Positions 8,175 through 17,262 of a stretch of DNA of 64,000 nucleotides are shown one piece after another. Made by a program: the position numbers and the translations under genes. Numbering within the stretch: position 1 is the first letter of the stretch; every line of letters starts with the position of its first letter. Source of the DNA: Erysipelotrichaceae bacterium (lineage in GTDB: Bacteria; Bacillota_I; Bacilli_A; Erysipelotrichales; Erysipelotrichaceae); the NCBI GenBank assembly GCA_017419165.1, contig JAFOLW010000062.1, positions 40,922 to 104,921 on the forward strand. The letters run 5' to 3'. The notes beneath the pieces are model-generated. The model was not told the origin of the DNA. It saw only the letters and a list, made by a program, of their open reading frames with translations, and ran no database searches.

Positions 8175-9257
8175 ATGAAGAAGATAATACTTGTGATCAT
8201 GCTATCTCTGCTGTGTGCCTGCTCGAGCGGAGCTCCGGCATCCGATGTTCAGGAAGATACGCCGATACAGTCGGCGGAGGCAAAACAGTTCGTTCTGGAA
8301 GATCTGGTGGGGACCGTCAGCGTCAATGACGGCGAGAAGGACCAGGAAGCTTTTGCCGGGATGAACTTATACAGCGGTTACGGCGTCAGGACGGAAACGG
8401 AAAGCTTTGACTGGATCCTTCTGGATGAAGAGATGCTGGTGAAGATGAACGAGGATTCCAAAACGTCGATCACGCAGGAAGGGAACGGGCTGAAGATCTT
8501 CCTTGAGGAGGGCGATCTGTTCTTCTGCGTGAACAGGGAGCTCGAAGAAGACGAAGAGCTTTCTTTCGAAACGGAGAACGCTTCTTTGTCGATCCGGGGG
8601 ACCTGCGGGATCGTGCGTCATCACGGCGGCATAACATACTTTGCCATATTGGAAGGCGAAGGTGAAGTCGCGATCCCCGGCGAAGACAGCGTGCACGGTC
8701 TCAGCGAAGGCCGCTGCGTGATGATATGGAAAGACGGTACGACGTCTTATGATCACATCTCTCCCGGCGGCGACGTACAGGATTTCGTCGTCAAAGAGAT
8801 CAATGACAACGAGATGGTGAAACAGCGCATCGAAGAAGTACCCGAATACAAGACCGATGCGGAGATGGAAGAGATCGCCTCTTATCTGCCCGGAAAGTTC
8901 CTTTATACCGGTTATATCGGCATGAAGTCCGAACATCCGGAACTGGATTTTTCCGTCAAGGATCCTTATACTTTGGAATTCATCTTCCATGAGGATAAAA
9001 GCCTCGATATCATCATCGAAGAATCAAAAGAGGCTTATGATACGATCGAAAACTACAACAAGGTCAACGAGGAAAAAGGATACGGAGGTCATCTGAATCA
9101 CCCGGGCAAAACGATCAGCTGGCCGTTCTTACGTCTGAACGAGTACGGCGAACTGTATATCCCGGGCGTCGGCACGATGTATCTGAACAAAGAAAACGGA
9201 AGATTCTATGAAATGCCGTCTTACTCGTTCGGCGAATACAAAAGGATCGAAGAATAA
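8175..9257 (+). CDS. Lipoprotein with FecR-like beta domain
   Basis: Lipobox MKKIILVIMLSLLCACSSG. The mid-region (GYGVRTETESFDWILLDEEMLVKMNEDS...LEEGDLFFCV) resembles FecR-domain sensors. Confidence 0.7.
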   Translation: MKKIILVIMLSLLCACSSGAPASDVQEDTPIQSAEAKQFVLEDLVGTVSVNDGEKDQEAFAGMNLYSGYGVRTETESFDWILLDEEMLVKMNEDSKTSITQEGNGLKIFLEEGDLFFCVNRELEEDEELSFETENASLSIRGTCGIVRHHGGITYFAILEGEGEVAIPGEDSVHGLSEGRCVMIWKDGTTSYDHISPGGDVQDFVVKEINDNEMVKQRIEEVPEYKTDAEMEEIASYLPGKFLYTGYIGMKSEHPELDFSVKDPYTLEFIFHEDKSLDIIIEESKEAYDTIENYNKVNEEKGYGGHLNHPGKTISWPFLRLNEYGELYIPGVGTMYLNKENGRFYEMPSYSFGEYKRIEE

Positions 9258-9511
9258 AAAAGCCGCGGCATTGCTGCGGCTGAATTTTTGTTTGGAAAGA
9301 CTAACAGCCCTTGCGGTCCAGGGAACAGGACGGGGCACTCAAGACCGATTCCGGAACGAAGACCGTGTAGCCGTTTTCCTTCAGCCAGGTCTCCCAATCG
9401 ACCCAGGCTCTCCAGAATATCGATGAAGTCATAAGCGACGTTGTTTCGGTCGAGGTTCTCTTTTAGGACGACGCAATAGGGACATTTCAGACTGCCGTAG
9501 ACTTTGATCAT
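9221..9511 (-). CDS. Glutaredoxin/NrdH-like CxxC thioredoxin-fold protein; 3' end doubtful (possible frameshift)
   Basis: AGGAG SD 7 nt upstream of ATG 9511. N-terminus MIKVYGSLKCPYCVVLKENL and a CPVLF cis-Pro-like motif. The ORF as read runs through the terminator hairpin and 37 nt into the convergent gene. A shifted frame stops at 9301, just before the hairpin. Confidence 0.5.
   Translation of the reverse strand: MIKVYGSLKCPYCVVLKENLDRNNVAYDFIDILESLGRLGDLAEGKRLHGLRSGIGLECPVLFPGPQGLLVFPNKNSAAAMPRLFYSSILLYSPNE
9258..9288. terminator. Bidirectional terminator between convergent genes
   Basis: 8-bp stem agccgcgg/ctgcggct (9260-9280), flanked by AAAAAA upstream and TTTTT downstream. Confidence 0.7.
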
Positions 9512-9595
9512 ATGAAGACTCCTTTTTCTTACATGTTATATAAAGTGACGCATTCCTGCAAACGGGATGCACAAAGACCGTTCCGTTCTCTGAGG

Positions 9596-9624
9596 TTGAA
9601 CGCCTCTTGAAACGAGACTAAAAT
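9596..9624 (+). promoter_or_regulatory. Predicted promoter of the 9689-15899 transcription unit
   Basis: TTGAAC (9596-9601), 17-nt spacer, TAAAAT (9619-9624). Confidence 0.45.
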
Positions 9625-9688
9625 ATAGGTGAAGATACGGCAGCCTGGATGTGCGATGCCGTAGCAATGAAAGAAAGCAGGCGGCAAG

Positions 9689-10108
9689 ATGAATAAAACG
9701 GATCTGGAAAATTGGAAACGTAAACTGAGAAGATGGCTGCAGCGGCGCAACGGCAGCGATACTTTCGGCAGGGACGTCTGTTACGCATCCCTGTTTCTGG
9801 TCTTTCTCGACGTGTTTCTCAAGACCGGCGTTCTGACCCGCATCTCGTTCATCGGCTATCTCTATTCGATGTTCCGCGCCTTTTCCACCAACGTCAACCG
9901 CCGCAGTTTGGAGAATCAGAGGTACATGGAACTGCGCTGGAAACTCATCAGCAGCTTACAAAGATACAAGAACCGGGCGATCGACCTCAAGGATCACCGT
10001 TATTACACCTGTCCCAACTGCGGACAGAAACTGCGTGTCCCGCGGGGCAAGGGAAAGATCGAGATCACCTGTCCGAAATGCGGACACAAGTTCGATAAGA
10101 AGAGCTGA
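9689..10108 (+). CDS. Zinc-ribbon membrane protein
   Basis: One or two hydrophobic helices, then a C-terminal CPNCG..(17)..CPKCG double-CxxC zinc ribbon. Confidence 0.7.
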   Translation: MNKTDLENWKRKLRRWLQRRNGSDTFGRDVCYASLFLVFLDVFLKTGVLTRISFIGYLYSMFRAFSTNVNRRSLENQRYMELRWKLISSLQRYKNRAIDLKDHRYYTCPNCGQKLRVPRGKGKIEITCPKCGHKFDKKS

Positions 10109-10170
10109 AGACACAACGGAAGGCAATGCCTTCTTTTCTTTTGGTAGAATGGAAGAAAGGGAAGAGACTT

Positions 10171-11847
10171 ATGAAGACACAATGGTACAAAGATGCGGTC
10201 GTCTACCAGATCTATCCGTTTTCTTTCAAAGATGACAACGATGACGGCTGGGGCGACATTCAGGGCATCCTTTCAAAACTCGACTACATCAAAGATCTCG
10301 GCGCGACGGCGATCTGGTTCTCGCCTTTATACAAGTCGCCGGACTATGATTACGGCTACGACATCAGCGACTACAGGGACATCGATGAGAAGTTCGGCAC
10401 GATGGAGGATTTCGACACCTTGCTGGAGGAATGCCACAAGAGAGATCTCAAGGTCATCATGGACATGGTCATCAACCATACTTCGACGCAGCATCCCTGG
10501 TTCAGGGAAGCGCTCAAAGACAAGGATTCCAAGTACCGGGATTACTATATCATCCGCAAAGGCAGAGAAGAAAACGGCCTGCTGAAGCCGCCGACCAACT
10601 GGGCTTCGACCTTTACCGGCTCCGCCTGGGAGTGGATCTCCGGAACGGATGAATATTACCTGCACCTCTTCTGCCGGGAACAGGCCGATCTCAACTGGGA
10701 GAACGAGGAACTGCGAAGGGAGATCATCGACATCCTCAATTTCTGGCTGGAAAAAGGCGTGGACGGCTTCCGTTTCGATGTCTTCAATATGTTCTCCAAG
10801 GTCCATCCGTTCAAGGACGATACGTCCAAGTCCTTCCAGAAAGGTTCACCCTTTTTCGTCGACGGACCGCGGATGCATGAGTTCCTGAAAGAGCTCAATG
10901 AAAAAGCCTTAGGCAAATACGACAGCTTCTCGGTCGGCGAGTCCTACCATCCTTCCGAAGAGAATGCTCTGGAGTATGTGAAAGAAGAAAACAAAGAGCT
11001 CGATGCGATCTTCAATTTCGCCCACCTGGATTCCGACAATATCGGCGGAGCGAAGTTCTTCTACAAGCCGTTCGATATGAAACAGTTCAAGGAAGGACTC
11101 TTCGGCCCGCAGACCGGCAATTACGGCAAGGGCTGGAACACGCTGGTCCTGGAGAACCACGACAATCCGCGCTGCGTGGACCGCTTCTCCATCGATTCGA
11201 AGCACTACCGTTATGAGGCGGCAACGATGCTGGCGGCGGTCACCTATCTAGGTTACGGCACGCCGTTCATCTACCAGGGTCAGGAGATCGGCATGACCAA
11301 CTGCGCCTTCAATGACATTGACGAGATGAAGGACCCGGTCTCGCACTTCGTCTATGATCTGATGAAGGGTTACGGCATGCCGAAAGCTCTGGCTTTCCGT
11401 TTCATCCGCTACGGGGCAAGAGATCACGCAAGGGTACCGATGCAATGGGACGCTTCCGTCAATGCCGGCTTCAACAAAGGCCACGAGCCCTGGCAATGCA
11501 TGAATCCTGTCTATAAAGAGATCAATGTCGAAAAGGACCTTCAAAGCAAGAAGTCGGTCTACCGCTTCTATCAGAAGCTGCTCGGATTACGAAAGAGCGA
11601 TCCGCTCTTCATTCACGGACAGGTCAAAGAATACGATCCGGCAAACAAGAAGATACTCGCTTATGTAAGGGAACAGGAAGGAAAGAAATGTCTCGTCCTG
11701 GCCAACTTCTCAAGGAGAAAAAGGAAGTATCCGCTTCCGGATCTTGTGAAGACGGAAGATCTCATCCTGAACAATTACGAAGAACTGAAGGAAGAAAACG
11801 GAACGCTCTTCCTGCAGCCTTATCAGGCGCTGGTCTTCAAGCGATGA
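10171..11847 (+). CDS. GH13 alpha-glucosidase (oligo-1,6-glucosidase / trehalose-6-P hydrolase type)
   Basis: WYKDAVVYQIYPFSF start. GH13 regions DMVINHTS, GVDGFRFDV, VGE and LENHDNPR. ATG 10171 is preferred over the upstream extension in the track. Confidence 0.9.
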   Translation: MKTQWYKDAVVYQIYPFSFKDDNDDGWGDIQGILSKLDYIKDLGATAIWFSPLYKSPDYDYGYDISDYRDIDEKFGTMEDFDTLLEECHKRDLKVIMDMVINHTSTQHPWFREALKDKDSKYRDYYIIRKGREENGLLKPPTNWASTFTGSAWEWISGTDEYYLHLFCREQADLNWENEELRREIIDILNFWLEKGVDGFRFDVFNMFSKVHPFKDDTSKSFQKGSPFFVDGPRMHEFLKELNEKALGKYDSFSVGESYHPSEENALEYVKEENKELDAIFNFAHLDSDNIGGAKFFYKPFDMKQFKEGLFGPQTGNYGKGWNTLVLENHDNPRCVDRFSIDSKHYRYEAATMLAAVTYLGYGTPFIYQGQEIGMTNCAFNDIDEMKDPVSHFVYDLMKGYGMPKALAFRFIRYGARDHARVPMQWDASVNAGFNKGHEPWQCMNPVYKEINVEKDLQSKKSVYRFYQKLLGLRKSDPLFIHGQVKEYDPANKKILAYVREQEGKKCLVLANFSRRKRKYPLPDLVKTEDLILNNYEELKEENGTLFLQPYQALVFKR

Positions 11848-11890
11848 ACGGGCGAAAATGCGGACAGTTAATAATGAGGGATGAAAGACG

Positions 11891-12673
11891 ATGAAGATCA
11901 AGGTCCTGGGAACACGCGGTTCCTTTGTATCCGTGCAGGAAGACAAAAAATACTACGGAAGGAACAGCTCCTGTTACTATGTCGATGCGGGCATGCATCT
12001 GTTTCTTGATGCCGGCAGCGGCATCCTGAACAGCGAAAGACTCACGGCGGACGAAAAGCCGATCCATATATTGCTGAGCCATCTGCACATCGATCATGTG
12101 CTGGGGCTTTTTGAATGTCCGTTCCTGTATGAGACAGGAAGAAAAGTCTATATCTACGGCGAAAGAAGGAAGGGAAAAAGTCTTTCTCAACAGCTGGACG
12201 CCCTGATCGGTCCGCCGTACTGGCCGGTAAAGCTTTCCGGATTTCCCTGTGCTCTTCATTTCCATGAGATCGAAGAAGGGAAAGACTTCATGATCGAAGA
12301 TCTCAAGGTCTCATCGATGCGTTCCTGCCATCCGGATGACTGTCTTTCTTTCGCTCTGGAAAAAGACGGGAAGAAGCTCGGCTATGCCCTGGACCATGAG
12401 GCGGCACTCGACAAGGAAAAGAAGGCGGAGCGCTTTTTTGAAAACTGCGATCTTCTGATCTTTGACGGTAACGACCTGCCCGGGCACAACAAGGCCGGTT
12501 ACGGCCACTCCGACTATACGCAGGGCATAAGCTTATGTAAAACAGCCGGGATCAAAAAACTGCTGATCAGCCACTACGGATATACGGAGGATGATGCAAC
12601 GCTGAAGGCGGAAGAAGACAAGGCAGGAAACAGCTGTGTCTTCGGCAAGGAAGGGATGGAGATCGTCATATGA
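11891..12673 (+). CDS. MBL-fold metallo-hydrolase (PhnP / class II cNMP phosphodiesterase-like)
   Basis: HLHIDHVLG (12080-12106) is the HxHxDH motif. N-terminal KVLGTRGS and GRNSSCYYV pattern. Confidence 0.8.
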   Translation: MKIKVLGTRGSFVSVQEDKKYYGRNSSCYYVDAGMHLFLDAGSGILNSERLTADEKPIHILLSHLHIDHVLGLFECPFLYETGRKVYIYGERRKGKSLSQQLDALIGPPYWPVKLSGFPCALHFHEIEEGKDFMIEDLKVSSMRSCHPDDCLSFALEKDGKKLGYALDHEAALDKEKKAERFFENCDLLIFDGNDLPGHNKAGYGHSDYTQGISLCKTAGIKKLLISHYGYTEDDATLKAEEDKAGNSCVFGKEGMEIVI

Positions 12674-14127
12674 ACATGGAAAAAATGGATAAGATCCTCG
12701 ATATCGGGATCGCTTTGACCGCCGAGAAAGACATCCGCGTCCTTCTGAAGAAGATCATCGACAGTGCGATGGAGATCACCGGCTGCGATGCCGGTACCCT
12801 GTATTTGAAGAAAGACGATCATCTTTTCTTCACGATCATGGCCAACCACACGCTGGGGACCTATCGGGGCGGAAAGGGCGAAGTCATCGATCTCCCCCCG
12901 GTACCGATCGACCGCGAACACATCTCTTCATTGGCTCTGCTGGAAGACAGGATCATCTCGATCGACGATGCTTACGACACGTCTTTGGATAAGGTCTACT
13001 CGGGACCGCGGGCTTACGATGAGAATCTGGGTTATCATACCTCTTCCGTCCTGGTCGTGCCGATGAAGAATCCGGAAGGCGAACAGATCGGTGTCCTGCA
13101 GCTGATCAACGCCCTGAATGAAGAAGGTCAGCCGGTCCCTTTCTCCAAAGAGAGCCGCAGGGTCATGGCATCCCTGGCATCGCAGGCTGCCGTCGCCATA
13201 CAGAACGTCCGCTATACCAAACAGATCCGCGATCTGTTCGATTCCTATGTGCAGACCAGTATCGGTGCGATCGGCAAACTGACGCCGTTCAACGAGAACC
13301 ACACCCGCAACATGGCCGATTACGGCCGGCGTTTTCTGGACTGGCTGAACCGGAAGGCGGAGAAAGAAAACAGAAAGCTTCCTTATGAGAAAGAACGTTA
13401 TGACGAACTGATCACGGCGATCTGGCTTCATGACTTAGGCAAGCTCGTGACACCGGTCGACATCATGAATAAGAACACGAGGCTCTGGCCGCTGCAGAAA
13501 AAAGAGATCGAACACCGCATGAAGGAATTCCGTCTGAAGGCGCGGATCATGGAACTGGAAGGAAAGATCACTAAGGAAGAGCGGGAAGCGATCGAACGCA
13601 ATTGCGAAGAGCTTCTCGCCTATGTCGGGATCGCCGATGTGAAGATCCTCGATGACCGTAAGCAGAAGCTTGAAAAGTTTGCCGGCTGGACTTTTACGGA
13701 CGCGGACGGGAAAACTTATCCGTATCTGCAGGAAGACGAACTTCATCAGCTTTCAGTCGCCTACCGCACACTGACCGATGAGGAATTCAAGATCATGCAC
13801 GACCATGTCGTCAAGACGGAAGAACTGCTTGCCGGGATGGCCTTTCCCAGGGACATGTCGCACGTAAAGACCTGGGCGGCGATGCATCACGAACTGCTGA
13901 ACGGCAGGGGTTACCCGAAGGGGCTCAAAGGGGAAGAGATCCCGGAAGAAGTCAGGATCCTGACGATCTTGGACATCTTTGAGGCGCTGACTGCAGCCGA
14001 CCGCGAATACAAGAAGCCGAAGACGCCGCAGGAGGCGGTCGCTCACTTACATAAGATCGCCGGTTTCGGCGAAGTGGATGAGAGACTCGTCGCATTGTTT
14101 GAGGAGAGCCGATGCTGGGAAGCTTAG
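12670..14127 (+). CDS. GAF sensor domain + HD-GYP phosphohydrolase
   Basis: N-terminal GAF pattern (DAGTLYL...VLVVPMKN..GEQIGVLQLINA). HDLGK (HD 13429-13434), HHELLNGRGYP (GYP 13909-13917) and DIFEALTAADREYK. Confidence 0.85.
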   Translation: MNMEKMDKILDIGIALTAEKDIRVLLKKIIDSAMEITGCDAGTLYLKKDDHLFFTIMANHTLGTYRGGKGEVIDLPPVPIDREHISSLALLEDRIISIDDAYDTSLDKVYSGPRAYDENLGYHTSSVLVVPMKNPEGEQIGVLQLINALNEEGQPVPFSKESRRVMASLASQAAVAIQNVRYTKQIRDLFDSYVQTSIGAIGKLTPFNENHTRNMADYGRRFLDWLNRKAEKENRKLPYEKERYDELITAIWLHDLGKLVTPVDIMNKNTRLWPLQKKEIEHRMKEFRLKARIMELEGKITKEEREAIERNCEELLAYVGIADVKILDDRKQKLEKFAGWTFTDADGKTYPYLQEDELHQLSVAYRTLTDEEFKIMHDHVVKTEELLAGMAFPRDMSHVKTWAAMHHELLNGRGYPKGLKGEEIPEEVRILTILDIFEALTAADREYKKPKTPQEAVAHLHKIAGFGEVDERLVALFEESRCWEA

Positions 14128-15899
14128 ACGGAAACAAAAATATCCTGCTCCTGATCCTGGTGCTGCTTTCTTTCTTCAGCATCTTTTTCAGCCGGCTTTC
14201 ACTCTTTGAACGTGCCGACCTCTACGTCGCCGATGCTCTCTATCAGAAGGGAAACGTCTCGGCAGGCAAGATCGTCATCGTACAGATCGATGAGAAGACT
14301 TTGGCTGCGCTGGGCAGCGATCCGTTGAGCTGGGACCGAAAAGCGTTTGCGGAGGTCCTGAACGTACTGAATACGAAAGGAAACGAGCCGGCGGTCATCG
14401 GCGTGGATGTCCTGTTTGCTCACGAGAAAGACAAGGAGAGCGATGAAGCCCTCGTACAGGCGGCAGGTGATAACGTCGTCCTTGCCGGGATGTATTATTA
14501 CGGAAACAAGCTGGAGACCGGGACAGACGGTTTCTATGTTTGGCAGAAGGATGCGGTGATCGATGAGGCGATGCCTTATGAAGGATTGCGGAAAAAGGCG
14601 GAGACCGGCATCGTCAATCTGACGTCCGACAAAGACGGGAAGGTCCGTCATATGCGGATCTTTTATCCGGGAAAAGAAGACAGGGAAGCCTCGTTTGCCC
14701 TGGCGGTCGCCCGGCGCTATGCGGCTTATACGGGAACGGAGCTCGTCCTGCCGGAGAAAGATCACGCGTATCTGGAATTCACCTATCCTGCCGGCGGCTA
14801 TCTCGAGAAGATCTCGTTCATCGATGTCAAAGAAGGAAAGTATCCGGCTTCGTATTTTGCGGGCAAGATCGTTTTGATCGGTGCCTGTGCCGCGGCGATG
14901 CAGGATGAATATCTGACGGCGGTCGACCGGAACAGGGCGATGTACGGCGTCGAGGTCCATGCCAACAGTATCGAGATGCTTCTGCGGGGCGAGTATAAAA
15001 CAGAGGTGAATGATACTTTGCAGAGGACAGCCGTTCTGTGTGTCTTGCTGCTGGGGGCTGCGGTCTATGCCTTTGCCGGGATCAAGGGAATGCTGGGGAT
15101 CTATGGGGCGAGCCTTCTGCTGTCGCTTGCTGCCTGCGTTTTGGGATATCGTTTCGGCTATGTCTTACATCCGCTGTGGCTGCCGTTTGGGGCAGGCCTG
15201 CAGTTTATCGCCGGGATCGCGTCAAGATTTCTGGCGGAGCAGGCTTCAAGAAAGAAACTGCGCCGGCAGTTCGGCCAGTATGTCGATCCTTCCGTCCTGC
15301 GCAAGATCCTGAACAGCGGCGGGAAAGACCTGCAGCTGACGGGCAAGGAGTGCGATGTGGCGGTGCTGTTCGTCGACATCTGCGGTTTCACGACCCTGTC
15401 GGAAAAGCTCCCGCCGGAGAAGGTCGTCGATATCCTCAATCATTATCTGAACATGGTGACGGAATGCATCATGAACAACGGCGGGACTCTGGATAAGTTC
15501 ATCGGCGACTGTGCCATGGCTTTCTGGAATGCGCCGTACGTTCAGGAAGATCCGATCGGCAAGGCGATACAGGCCGGAATGGATATGATCGAAGGGTCGC
15601 AAAGGCTCAACAAGGAACTGGGTTTCGATCTTGGTTTTGCGATCGGCATCAATTACGGCAAGGCCGTCATCGGCAACATCGGATCGGACAAGCGCATGGA
15701 TTTCACGGCGATCGGCGACTGTGTGAATACGGCGTCCCGTCTGGAAAGCCTGAAGATCCCCGGAGAAGCGCGGGAAGGAAAGATCTATCTTTCGGGGGAG
15801 GTCTACGACCGGATCAAGGACCGCTACGAAGGAAAGGACCTCGGCGAACATGCGCTGAAGGGAAAGGAAAAGAAGGTCCGCATCTATGCGTTGGGATAA
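14112..15899 (+). CDS. CHASE2 sensor / class III adenylate(guanylate) cyclase
   Basis: N-terminal TM helix, then CHASE2 pattern (IVIVQIDEKTLAALGSDPLSWDRKAFAEVL..VIGVDVLF), 3-4 TM helices, and a cyclase domain (VLFVDICGFT, DKFIGDCAMAFW, FTAIGDCVNTASRLES). Confidence 0.85.
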   Translation: MLGSLDGNKNILLLILVLLSFFSIFFSRLSLFERADLYVADALYQKGNVSAGKIVIVQIDEKTLAALGSDPLSWDRKAFAEVLNVLNTKGNEPAVIGVDVLFAHEKDKESDEALVQAAGDNVVLAGMYYYGNKLETGTDGFYVWQKDAVIDEAMPYEGLRKKAETGIVNLTSDKDGKVRHMRIFYPGKEDREASFALAVARRYAAYTGTELVLPEKDHAYLEFTYPAGGYLEKISFIDVKEGKYPASYFAGKIVLIGACAAAMQDEYLTAVDRNRAMYGVEVHANSIEMLLRGEYKTEVNDTLQRTAVLCVLLLGAAVYAFAGIKGMLGIYGASLLLSLAACVLGYRFGYVLHPLWLPFGAGLQFIAGIASRFLAEQASRKKLRRQFGQYVDPSVLRKILNSGGKDLQLTGKECDVAVLFVDICGFTTLSEKLPPEKVVDILNHYLNMVTECIMNNGGTLDKFIGDCAMAFWNAPYVQEDPIGKAIQAGMDMIEGSQRLNKELGFDLGFAIGINYGKAVIGNIGSDKRMDFTAIGDCVNTASRLESLKIPGEAREGKIYLSGEVYDRIKDRYEGKDLGEHALKGKEKKVRIYALG

Positions 15900-15921
15900 A
15901 GCCGCTGCAGCGGCTCTTTTC
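15899..15921 (+). terminator. Intrinsic terminator closing the signalling operon
   Basis: Palindromic stem agccgc-tgca-gcggct followed by CTTTTC. Confidence 0.6.
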
Positions 15922-15976
15922 AATGAAAGATCTTCAAATAGTGTAGAATAGAAACGTTGGATAGAAGAAAACGCAT

Positions 15977-17203
15977 ATGAAAGAAAAACTGAAAAATTTT
16001 ATGGAACCGAATAAAACGGTCAGAAAGATCGAGACGGTCGCCCTGGTCCTCTTGCTGATCGGATCGGCTTTTGCTTACTTCAGAGGGACGTCTTCCCTGA
16101 ACGGGGATCCCGGTGAGCTGACTTATCTCGGCAGCGTTGAGATGGAACGTGATCTCGATGCCGAAGATTACGATGAGGATTCGACGTCCTGCGATGTCAT
16201 CTACGTCAGTGACGGCGGGCAGCTGATCAAGACCTATACCTACGAGGAATATGTGTCGCTGGAAGATACGGCGATCACTGCCTATGCCTATGAGACGAAG
16301 GAAGGCACGAAGCTCTTCTTCGATCACGAGGATCCTGCCGCGGACATCGTCAAAGGCGTCTACCGGCAGACCATGGCGACGAAGCTCATGCCTCTCTTCA
16401 ATCTGGCCAATGCCCTGATCATCCTGGCGGTGTCGGTCGCGGTGATGCTGTATTTCGGCAGCTTCTTCACGACGTATGAGAAGTGCTGGTTCTTAAGCAT
16501 CATGGTGCTGGCAACGATCTTTGCGGTCCTGTTCCCGGAAGAGAGTGCCAACGGCGTCAACGGCATCTGGATCATGCTGCTGTACCTGCTGGACACGTTC
16601 TTAAATATCCTGTGCGAGCTGCTGATCTCCAAGCAGTCCCGCTACAACTTCCTGGTCTCGGTACTGGTCGAGATCACGGAGATCGTCATCAGTATCGTAC
16701 TGATGTACCGTTTCGCGACGATGACCGTGACTTTGCTGTTCTGGCTGCCGATCGATATCCTGAGTTACATCAACTGGACCAGACATAAGGACGACATGGA
16801 AGACGAACTGACGGTCGTCAGAAGACTGAAAGGCTACCAGGAGGTCCTGGTGATCCTGGCGATCGGAGTCTGGACTCTCGTCGTCGGTTACTTCATTTCC
16901 GGTCTGGATATCTCGACGGATTTCTTGGGCAACAACGAACGTCTGGAGACGGTCATGATCTATCTGGATGCCTGCGCTTCGGCGGTAGGCATCGCCAACG
17001 GCCTGTTCATCTTCTTCCGTCTGCGGGAACAGTGGATCGCCTGGTACATCTGCGCCGCGTTGGAAGCGGTCATGAACATCCTGGCCGGACAGTACGTCCT
17101 GCTGGTGCTCAAGCTGGGTTATTTCACGAATACGACGTACGGATATATCAAATGGAGCCGTTACATCAGGACACACAAGGAAGATGACAAGTCCTTGCTG
17201 TAA
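15977..17203 (+). CDS. PnuC-family (nicotinamide riboside transporter-like) membrane protein with a ~130-aa N-terminal extension
   Basis: YEKCWFLS..., NILCELLISKQSRYNFLVSV..., WLPIDILSYINW and GYFTNTTYGYIKW match the PnuC helix pattern. Confidence 0.55.
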   Translation: MKEKLKNFMEPNKTVRKIETVALVLLLIGSAFAYFRGTSSLNGDPGELTYLGSVEMERDLDAEDYDEDSTSCDVIYVSDGGQLIKTYTYEEYVSLEDTAITAYAYETKEGTKLFFDHEDPAADIVKGVYRQTMATKLMPLFNLANALIILAVSVAVMLYFGSFFTTYEKCWFLSIMVLATIFAVLFPEESANGVNGIWIMLLYLLDTFLNILCELLISKQSRYNFLVSVLVEITEIVISIVLMYRFATMTVTLLFWLPIDILSYINWTRHKDDMEDELTVVRRLKGYQEVLVILAIGVWTLVVGYFISGLDISTDFLGNNERLETVMIYLDACASAVGIANGLFIFFRLREQWIAWYICAALEAVMNILAGQYVLLVLKLGYFTNTTYGYIKWSRYIRTHKEDDKSLL

Positions 17204-17207
17204 GGAT

Positions 17208-17237
17208 TTGATATAAGACTATAAAATCTGATAAAAT
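17208..17237 (+). promoter_or_regulatory. Predicted efp promoter
   Basis: TTGATA (17208-17213), 18-nt spacer, TAAAAT (17232-17237). Confidence 0.45.
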
Positions 17238-17262
17238 ATGCGATATAAACGAGGTGATTATT

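Noticed and set aside
10126-10170. 15-codon extension of the GH13 ORF (similar extensions exist at 17792 for the SDR gene and 20151 for pyrG)
   Set aside because: The canonical family N-termini and SD positions favour the internal ATGs (10171, 17840, 20184).
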